From: Felis catus
Lineage: Eukaryota
Direction of reading: 5' to 3'
Length of the DNA: 64,000 nucleotides
NCBI RefSeq assembly: GCF_018350175.1
Contig: NC_058368.1
Span: 42,844,001-42,908,000 of the forward strand
The notes under the pieces were generated by a model. The model searched no databases and was not told the DNA's origin. It was given only the letters and a program-made list of their open reading frames with translations. How positions within the stretch are numbered: the first letter of the stretch is position 1; every line of letters begins with the position of its first letter. Below, piece by piece: positions 14,637 to 24,029 of this stretch. The translations under genes and the position numbers were made by a program.

Positions 14637-15184
14637 TGATAGGACAAGATAGGATTCAGTAGGCAGAGAGGGAAAGATTAGGGCCTGAGTCCCTGGGTGG
14701 GGAAAAACACCTATTTTGGAACAATGCTGGGAGTGTCTGACCACAGCAAACCCCCTCAGGCGTAAGGTTCCTCTTAAAAATGTGACAGAAGGTACCTACT
14801 TCCCTTCAGTTTCCCCTCAGGAATTTGACAAAAGACCTAAGTATGGCCATAGACCAACCCTCATAAATGGAAATGAGTCCATCAGGAATGGACAACCCAG
14901 TACCTAGAGCTATCAAGCCAATAAGGGTAGAACCTAAGAAGGAACAAGGGAGAAGGGAAGGGGGAGGGCTGACCAGAACCTTATAAAACAAGGACCCTCC
15001 CCTATAGTCCTCAGGCATTCACTTTCGAATGTCTCTTCTCTGTAAAGAGAGCTTTCCTACTATTCTTCCTTTCTAACCTTATATTCTAATAAACTTTTGC
15101 CTACTGCTCATTTTGTGTCTACCTCTTCATTCTTCAAAGCTGCAACAATGAATCCCAGGTCTTGTGGTAAAAAATCCTGCAACA
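14637..15184 (+). mobile_element. ERV solo LTR inserted in the MaLR
   Basis: TG...CA ends; CCAAT ~14919; TATAAAA ~14982; AATAAA 15088-15093; flanks ccagta/ccaaca are consistent with a decayed 6-bp TSD. Confidence 0.85.
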
Positions 15185-15304
15185 CCAACATGGTCCGATG
15201 AGGATCCTCCTCCAAGTCTCACTCAGGCTCATTGTATTAAAACATGATCAAAAGAGCTAGGAAGCTCTAATCCCATTCATGAGGGCTCCACTCTCAGACC
15301 TACA

Positions 15305-16244
15305 TGTAAGCATAAAGAGTTAGAGGTAAAAGTCATTGTAAGCCCCACCTATTTTCTGTGATACTATGCCTTACCAGCTGTACTTGCCCTAGCACACTTC
15401 TTGCAGCACTTAAATGCAAAAGGACTTTAAGGGGAAAAAAGGGAATGCAAAAACTAACAGTTAATACCAGGCCAGGAAATAACCCTTATCAGATGAATCA
15501 GCCTAAAAACTCCCAGCACAGTTTCAAAGGCAAGCAAGGCTCAACATTCCTTACCCAAGATAAGGAGCCCGAGACCTTATCCAGTTATTTTATTTTATTT
15601 TATTTTATTTTATTTTATTTTATTTTATTTTATTTTATTTTATTTTAACAAATTTTATTTATTTTGAGAGAGACAGATACAGCATGAGTTGGGGTGGGTC
15701 AGAGAGAGAAGGAAAGGAAGAGAATCCTAAGCAGGCTCTGTACTGCCAGCCTGGAGCCTAATATGGGCTCAAACTCCTGAAACTGTGAGGTCATGACCTG
15801 AGCCAAAACCAAGAGTCTGGATGCTTAACCTACAGAGCCACCCAGGGGCCCTGACCCCATCTAGTTTATACTGGCTCTTGAAGCTGCCCTTAGTTGTCCC
15901 ACAGTTACCTCTTCTTGTCCCACAGTTACCTCTGCTTCATTGTAATGTTAAAGTCTCCACCATAGGAGGTAAAAGCTTCATTAACATAACATCAGATGCT
16001 CCTATAATACCTGTGCAACCTTATGCCTCCCTTTACTTGTGATCACAAAGTTCGCCTTTCTGAATATTCATCCTAAACATAAATAAAAGAGACTAACTCA
16101 TCCCCACTGGGGAAGTCTGGTTTTGAATTAATTCTCCATGATCTCCTTATTTGCTGTAAATAGTTTCCTTTGTGTGACAACTCCACTTGATGTAGTCTCT
16201 ATCTGTAACTCACCAAGGAGCAAACTCATGTTAGTTGGGTTACA
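15305..16244 (+). mobile_element. Second ERV solo LTR inserted in the MaLR (itself containing a SINE)
   Basis: Starts TGTAAG and ends GTTACA; MaLR sequence resumes immediately after; contains AATAAA ~16082 and a 21-bp internal duplication (ttgtcccacagttacctct x2). Confidence 0.75.
15587..15852 (-). mobile_element. CanSINE with (TTTTA)n tail inside the LTR
   Basis: SINEC body; decayed TSD gaccttatccagtt / gaccccatctagtt. Confidence 0.92.
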
Positions 16245-16548
16245 TAGCCATCTCCCAAAGACTCTACCTCCTAATACTCATCATATTGTGCATTAAGATT
16301 TGAACACGTCAATTTCGAGGGCACACAAACATTCAGACCATAGCAACATTGTTAAGCTAAAAAAAGTTTACAAATTATAATGCACATTATATCAAAATGT
16401 AAGTTTTCTAATTTTTGGTTGAACTGTTTCATCAAATACAGGTAAATATATTTATATATAGTTTTTCATAAATTCTAATTTTATCACTTTTAAGAATCAA
16501 TGATTCTGTGATTTATTTAGTCATTTATCCTTTTACTCAATCTGCCAC

Positions 16549-16847
16549 TGTTACGGAAACTGGTCTGGATCACCCGGCAGAAGAACCAAGGGGCATTCGG
16601 AGATCATGGAAGGCAGGAGGTTTATTTTATACGGGTGGGCTCAGAGGAGATCATTCTCCAGAGGTCTGAGACCAGAGCATCAACAGAGGGGACAATTTAT
16701 AGTCTGTTACTTCCACATCCCTCATTAGTAGTAATTTGACCCCTGAGGCAAGCAGGGTGGGACCAAGAACCAGGAAGGGAAGTCTCCAGGCAGGGACTGA
16801 AATTCTCTTATCCTGTTGGCCATCATAAAACAGATTTTTCCCTAACA
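16549..16847 (-). mobile_element. ERV1-type solo LTR (~300 bp) inserted in an L2 remnant
   Basis: TGTTA...TAACA inverted ends; TSD CCAC/CCAT; minus-strand TATAAA (16701-16696) and AATAAA (16626-16621). Confidence 0.85.
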
Positions 16848-17142
16848 CCATGTTTTATTGTTTCTTAAGTGTCAGGCATTGTGGTAGATACTGGGGATCA
16901 AGTGAAGAGCAAAACAGGAAACAGTCTTTACTCCCAGAGAGCTTAATTTTTGTGCAGTGATTTTATAAATAAGTAAGATACCATGGTTAAGAGAATGTAA
17001 CCACTCTCAAAAAGATGGTAATCACATTTTTCACACTTAATCGGATATTAATAGAGCTTTAACTTTTGCTTGAGTTTTGGAAAACATTTCCCAAGTGGAT
17101 TTGGCACAATTCTATTTTAAAATATTCTAATAAGGATCATGG

Positions 17143-17143
17143 A

Positions 17144-17215
<72 letters not shown>

Positions 17216-17320
17216 GGGAGGGAGGAGGGAAGAAAAAAGGGAGGGAGGAAGAAAAGGAGAAAGGGAAGAAGAAAGGGAGAAAGGAAGATGGGAAAGGTTG
17301 AAAAGATAAAGAAAAGAAGA
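17143..17320. repeat. (GAAA)n microsatellite plus purine-rich tract
   Basis: Long GAAA array followed by GGAA/GAA-type repeats. Confidence 0.95.
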
Positions 17321-18017
17321 AAAATCAGTGCTTACATAAGTTTGATAAGTGAGAAGTGAGAAGTGATTACTTTCTTGCAAGAATTACCAAACTTTTAATA
17401 TGCTAGTTGATGTGACCAGACTTAGAAGAGATATGTTTTGTGGAATTTACCAACATTCCAGAGCCCTGGAACTCCATTTTGATAAAAACCTTCCATATCT
17501 AGTGTTCTGTGTCCCACATTGTAGAAAACATTCACTTAGAAATTATTTGTTTAAATGGAAAGCCTACCATTTACTCTGAAGAGTTTTGTTTAATACATCT
17601 AAATTAAACAAATACAAGAATATCAATTAAAAAGACATTACTGTTCAAATTTGTTACTAATATAGCAGTTGGAGAAAAAAACAATCCTTCCCTAAGGCAG
17701 AAAATGGTGAATACCAAAAATATTTCCATTTACAAAACTGAAAATAAACTTATGTTTAAACACTTTGTTGTTTATAATTCAATTCTAATGATAGTGAAAA
17801 GGGTTTTTAAGAGAATTTGAATGCTGAATTTGAAATACTATTTGGCTTCTTGTATTTCTGCAATAATGTAATAAAAAATAGAAATTATAAGACAATTAAT
17901 AACCTATTCATAATAGGAATCTATAGGAAGAACAATGAGAGGAGAAAAGACTTCCCTTTATCAATATACACATTCAGAAACACTGGTAGTGTTCCACTGG
18001 AACACTGGAAGTGGAAG

Positions 18018-18329
18018 TATAGTGGGACCGAGGTTCACACAGAGCTGTGACATCAAGGCTTTTTTTTTTTCCAGGTAGTAACTTTAGTTGTGCCAGCATG
18101 GACTCAGTGGTTCATACCTGAAAAACTGAGCCCCAAGTGCAGCAGGGTATAGCCTCTTGTATAATTTCTACTTCTTTGTCTCCCAAACATGGTAACATAC
18201 AGACATACAGTCTGATTGGGTGATTTAAGTTACAGAGTCCTGAGGAATGTCATGAATGCACGCCCAGCCTGGTTGCTCTGCTTTGTCTTGAGGTTTTCAC
18301 CACATTCCTTAGGGAGGGCCTCTACTACA
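18018..18329 (-). mobile_element. 3' LTR of the provirus
   Basis: Aligns end to end with 26349-26659 (shared block ttctacttctttgtctcccaaacatggt...cagacatacagtctgattgggtg, shared end tctactaca); preceded on the minus strand by a polypurine tract. Confidence 0.95.
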
Positions 18330-18340
18330 TTCCCTCCTTT
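18330..18340 (-). other. Polypurine tract (PPT)
   Basis: AAAGGAGGGAA immediately 5' of the TGT that starts the 3' LTR. Confidence 0.85.
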
Positions 18341-18364
18341 GTTGCTCAGACCCTCCTCTTTTGC

Positions 18365-20289
18365 GTCCAAGAGCATCATCTTGGTTTTGAGGTTTATATT
18401 TCCATAAGATCATCACATCCATGGCTGTTTTTCTTTCGACCATTGCCTCAGTGAGCCTGGAGACAGACGGTATAACCAGGGGAGCTAGGCAAGATAGGAT
18501 TAAACAAGCTCCTAAAATCAAGAGGATAATTCCCATGAAGGTTTTGAATCCCTCCAGAAATAACCACCCTTGAAAACCATCCTCCAAATAACTCCCTGGG
18601 GTCCCAACCTTTCCAGGTCTGGCCTGGGACAGGAGCAACCTTTCTCATTTGATCTGTGATCTCCTCTATGACTCTTCCTTCATCATCTATCTGTAGGCAG
18701 TAGTTGCTCAGGTTAAACATTCCACAAACTCCTGCCTCAGAAGCAAGTAATCTAAGGCCAAGTGATTTTGATAGACAGCATTGCACATTTTGGTTTGCTG
18801 CTTGGCTAGTAAGTTAAGAGTTCTGGCAGTTTCATTGGTTATAATTTCTACAACTGCTTGCAGTCTGAATATGTGGTTTAGCATGTAAGTGGGAGTGCGG
18901 TAGCCCCAGGAACCATCCTCTTCCCAGGTAGGAGGGCCATATTATTGGATTGTATGCTCAGGAGGCCATTCATCATCTTTCCAATTGCCAATTTGTAGGG
19001 CATGCCATTTCCTCTGAGTCTCCCTGTCCCTTTACACTTGGACTCTCAAATGTTCCCCTCTGGCAAGTGGGAGCAGGAAGAAAGATGGATGAATAGTTCC
19101 TAGCACACATTACCCCAACCAGCCCTGAGGGAAGTACTGTATAGGCTGTTCTTCCACATATCCAGTATATCCTGGGGCTGGCCATTCAATGACTGCACTG
19201 ACATTTTCCCAGGTCTCTCAGAGATGAGAGAAGTTAGACAAGGGGTGGGGGATCTGGCTCAAGGTGATCTGGGGACCCCCCCACCATTGGGTTTCCTGGG
19301 CGGTTGAGTTATAAAATCTTTGCCCTAGGCACATTAAGGTTCTAACAGAGACAGTGAACTTTACTTCCCACTGAGCAAGGCAGTTTTGCTAATAATTGAG
19401 GCTTTGAGGAGCCATATCCTGGTAGTAGGACTGGGGTATTCTGTTCCATTACAAGATTCATGGGAATCTAATTCTCTAGCCTCCTATGGCCATTGATCCC
19501 CCATGTTGGTTCCCCTGCACACATAGCAAGAAGAGATCTTTAGGGTCTGGGCTATAGTTTCTGCTAAGGTAAGGAACAGGTTTCTTGTGGTGGAGATGGG
19601 GGGAGGGCTACTTTCTATTTCCTCATATATATACCAATTCTGAGGACATTTTCCCATTTGGGGTCTCCTAGATTAAAGACAGTGAAATTAATGAGGTTAC
19701 AGGCTCCTAATTTACAGCTGGAGGTTGCAGCCCCCTTTTGGAGGAGTGCCGTCTTATCTTTACCTTTCCAAGTGGCCCACGAGACACAGCTCCAACGGGG
19801 CCATAAGCCAAGCGATCACCATTATATGTGGATGGGGATGGGGCCTGTTCACACATATACTTGTCATTGAGCCTATAATCTCATTCCCATGGTAGACCTC
19901 GTCAATTGTGAACCAACAAAGGGTTTTTGTTAATGGCTGCACACATGTCAAAAAGTACCAGTACTGGCAGGTGGGGATTAGTAACCTGGGTTTAGCTGAT
20001 TAATTCCACCCCTCCTGGGAGTGTCAGACTTCCAACTATTCCTCAGTTGGGGAGTACTGTGGGTCAAAACAAGTGCATTGACTCTCCTGTTGGCAGATAG
20101 AATAGGTGGTCTTATTGTGCCTGCAGGTCCCCAGGACTTTTCCCTGGCATAGGAAGTGGGTATGGCATAGTAAGGTCCAAGTGACTTCCTGGCCTGACCT
20201 GGTTATGTGAATACATGGGTCACATGATGAGAAATCTCGGTCTACAGAAGGGGTCCAGATTAGAAGCAAACAATACCACAAAGAAGCAT
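18365..20289 (-). pseudogene. env: ERV env of ERV3/HERV-E type, disrupted
   Basis: SU N-terminus [157 protein letters not shown]; membrane anchor [21 protein letters not shown]. These closely parallel human ERV3 Env as I recall it. Several stops and frameshifts. Confidence 0.93.
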
Positions 20290-20332
20290 CCTATCCAGAG
20301 GTTTCTGCTAACAGAAACCTCTCACCACACTT

Positions 20333-20422
20333 CTAGCCAGCCGGGGAGGTCTCAGCCAGTTCTGTGGCAAAGAGTAAAGCAAGAATCACAATAATAGTGA
20401 GAAACAAGGGGTGACAGTGCAT
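20333..20422 (-). pseudogene. Small hydrophobic ORF between pol and env (29 aa; candidate remnant of a single-pass accessory protein)
   Basis: ATG at 20422, TAG at 20335-20333: MHCHPLFLTIIVILALLFATELAETSPAG*. It is below the ORF-track length cutoff. Confidence 0.45.
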
Positions 20423-20625
20423 CACAGTAAGGAAACAGATATAGAAAATAAGGACAGTCTATTTGTTCCACCAGACTGTTGATTCCTCAAGCTTCTGCTG
20501 TGCATATCAGCTTCTGGAGTGACTAAAGAAGGGCTGCAGTCTCCCAGGGCCTCTGGACTTGCAGATTGCTTCTTCCATATGGTCAACTTGCATGGCCTTG
20601 ATAGATCAGGAATGCACTCCCCATT

Positions 20626-23600
20626 TCAAGATGCCAGCTTCACTCTGCTGTGGTGAACCCAGGGACCCAACTCGGCCACCTTTACTGCAGTAGGGATGGA
20701 CAAAATGACAGTGAACAGGCCCCTCCAGAGGGGTTTTAGGAGTTGAACATTCCATTCCTTCATCCATACAGCATCTCCTGGTTTAAAGGGGTGAGCATCT
20801 GTGGTCAGACTCACAGGTAATGGCTCCCTAACCCAGTGGTATAAGGTAGTTAGTATAGAGTCAAGGGCCCGCATCTGTTGCCTTAGGGTTAGACTGCCTA
20901 TCTCATTTAGGTCCCCCTTATGCCCTTGATGATGGAGGGAGGGCACCCATAAAGGATTTCATAAGGGACAAACTCTGTCTGCTTAGTGGGGCTACACCTG
21001 AATTTTAACAAGGCAATTGGCAACACCTCAGTGTAGGTGGGTTTCATGACATAGTTAACTTACTCTCAGCTTCAGGGTTCAATTCATTTGTTCCACCACC
21101 CCGGAGCTCTGGGGTCAGTATGCCTTGTGTAACTTCCAGGTGATCTTTAAGCCCTTTGCCACCAGCTGTACCACCTCAGCCATGAACACTGGCCTGTTAT
21201 CTGATCCCATAGTGATAGGGATCCCAAATCGAGGAATGATTTCTTTTAGAAGAAGTCGGGCCACTTCTTGTGCCTTTTCTGGGAGAGCAGGGAGAGCTTC
21301 TGCCCAGCCTGAGAAAGTGAACTCAAAGACCAACAGATATTTACAGCCTTGGACCAGGGGAAGCTCAATGAAGTCCACCATCATATTTTCAAATGGGGCT
21401 CCCCTGACACTCTGCACCCAAGGGGTGGCCTTGGGTCTCTGATGTGGGTTATTCCAGGCACACATTTCACATTGCTCACATACTGCTTAGGTTATGCCAG
21501 AGAGTCAAGGGATGTAGAAATGTCAGCTCGATGTAGTCTCGAGAGCTGTCCAACCAATGGGGATTTCCTGATGGAACTGTTTGACGAAAGTTGGAGCCAG
21601 GGCCTCAGGAATTGCCAATCAGCTGTCTTCATTTCCACCATCCACCTGGGAAGTAGCTCCCATGTTTCAGTCTTAAACCAGGTGCTCTCACGTTGTGGGT
21701 GATTAGGGTCCCATTCTGCCAGTGGACTAGGGAACCATGTGGAGGCTAAAGCCGCTGATTCCACTGTCCCATTGGAGGCTGCAAGTTTTGTCTCTTGGTC
21801 TGCCTTACAGTTTCCCGGTGCAATCGTGGTGTCTCCCCTTTGATGTCCCCGACAATGCATGACTGCCACTCTTTTAGAGGCCCATACAGCATCTAAGAGT
21901 TCAAGGATTTCCTTACCATACCTTATGTCTTTTTCTCCTGAGTTTATTTATTAGACTCTTCTCTTTGTATAAAGTCCCATGTACATGGAGGGTGGTGAAG
22001 GCATACTTAGTCTGTGTATATATTAACATGTATCCCTGCCGCCAGTTGGAGGGCTCGGGTTAGCACCATGATCCCCCCTCCCTTTTTTATAAAACTGCTG
22101 TCAGTGAAATACTCAATGTAGGGGTCCTTGAGGGCCTGGTCCTTCAAGTCTGGTCGGCTGGAGAACACCTCATCCATGACTTTGATGCAGTCATGATCTG
22201 GTTGACTGGCCCAACAGGCAGTAGGATTGCAGGGTTTAGAGTCTGCACTACTTCTAGGTGAATGCATGGTTCTCACATAGCATTCCCTGATACCTGACAA
22301 TCCTGGCATTGGTTAATCAGTATTGTCCCTTGTGTTCTATTAATTTCAATACTGAATGTAGCACTCAGACTGTCAGTGCTTGTCCCACAGTTAACCTGCC
22401 AGCCTCAGACACTAAGAGGGCTGTGACTGCAAATGCCCATAGGCAAGGTGGTCAGCCTTGGGCAACAAAGTCAAGCTGCTTGGAGAGATATGCCACTGGT
22501 TGATGCCATGGCCCCAACATCTGGGTTAGGACTCCCACTGCTATGCCAGTGCACTCATGGACCAAAGAAAGAAAGAAAGGCTTGGTCACGTCTGGGAGCC
22601 CCAAACCAGGTGCATTAGTGAGGGCTTGCTTTATTTCCTCAAAGGCCTTTTGCTGTACTGATTCCCATATCAGGGGTTCCCTCTCTCCCCCCCTTTGTAG
22701 CCTCATTGAGAGGTTTTCCCAGGACTGAAAATCATATATCCAGATTCTACAGAAACCTGCGGCCAGGAGAAATCTGGTGTCGGGTTGACAGGACCAGGAT
22801 CGAACAAACAGCCTGCTTTTTCTCTGGGCCGAGTTGGTTCTGCCCCTTGGGACAAGTGGAAGCCAAGATATTTGCCTTTCTCTTGACAGATTTGGGCCTT
22901 TTTCCTTGAGACTTTGTATCCGGTTTCCTAGCGGAGGGTAAGGAGCTGCTGAGTCCCTTCCCTGCCATCCTCCCAGGACCTCCCAGCTGGCACCAAGTCA
23001 TCCACATACTGAAGCAGGACACAGCCATACTGATCTGCTGGGAAGGCTCTTTAGTCAGAGGCTAATGCAGTGCCGAAAATGTTGAGGAGTATTTGAACCC
23101 TGAGGCAATCTGGTTCAAGTCAACTGGCCATTGTTACCATTTGCAGGATTCTCCCACTGGAAAGAGAAGATTGGTTGACACTGGGAGGCCAGGTGGATGC
23201 AGAAGAAGACCTCTTTGAGGTCCAAGCAGGTGAAGAAGGTGGCTTTGGCAAGGATGAGCCCCAAAAGTACACAGGGGTTTGGGACCACTGGGTGTATGGT
23301 GATGGTGGCCTGGTTTACTGCTTGCAGTTCCTGAACCAGCCAATAGTCGTCTGTATTGGGCTTTTGGACAGGTAAGAGGGGAATGTTCCAAGGTGACTGA
23401 CATGGCCAGAGGATCCCATACTTTAAGAGTCTCTCTAGGTGCTTCTGGATCCTGGTATGTATCTTGCAGGGGATGAAGTATTGTCTCTGACAGGTGAGCT
23501 CTACCCCTGGCTTTAGTTCTATGATCACTGGAGGTATGTTCCAGGCCAGTCCTGGTGGGTTGTCCTTAGCCCACACCCCTGGTACTCTGAAGTGCAGCTC

Positions 23601-24029
23601 AGGTCCCTGTTGTGGCTACTGCATGAGACTGTAGAGATGCCATTCTTCCCCTTAGGGAATTGTGAGAGTCATAATCTTTGCTTCTGGCTTTCATAGCCTC
23701 AGAGCAACTTGTCCATGGGAGTTGAAAATTATCTGGGCCTGCAGCTTTCCTAAATAGGTCATGGCCCATTAAAGCCACAGGGTAGTCAGGGAGGTACTGC
23801 TTGGATGACGTCATGGCCGCCTAAACTGCATTGCTGAGGCAGCAGAAAGGGATGACATGTCCGATTTCCTGTGGCCCCCACAATGGTGGCTTGTCTCTAA
23901 GGGGGCCCACAGGTTGGGTCACCACCGAGTATTTTGCCCCAGTATCTACCATGAAGTCAATGGGTCAACCTCCACATTCGTTTGGACCATAGGCTCTTGG
24001 GGGTCTAAAAAAAGAGAGCCCAGTTTGTC
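20626..24029 (-). pseudogene. pol: ERV pro-pol, disrupted (PR-RT-RNase H-IN)
   Basis: Protease FMVDTGAKYS (DTG at 23938-23946); RT WAKDNPPGLA..SPWNIPLLPVQKP..LDLKEVFF, TRLPQG and LLQYVDDL (~22995-23015); RNase H YFTDSS and VNIYTD; integrase GSDNRPVF..WKLHKAY and C-terminal WRGLFTVILSIPTAVKV..WVHHSRVK. Confidence 0.95.

Larger units (their letters stand above)
14520..16345 (-). mobile_element. MaLR solo LTR (MLT1A/MST-like), split into three pieces by two ERV LTR insertions
   Basis: Pieces 14520-14636, 15185-15304 and 16245-16345 reconstruct an element colinear with the intact copy at 62993-63326; 5-bp TSD ACATT (14515-14519 / 16346-16350). Confidence 0.88.

Noticed and set aside
17066..17380. 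97-aa and 87-aa ORFs
   Set aside because: Translations of the (GAAA)n microsatellite.
18365..20289. env as a domesticated gene (e.g. syncytin-Car1 or an ERV3-like exapted Env)
   Set aside because: In-frame stops, frameshifts, a destroyed furin site and a probable internal deletion; no long ORF.
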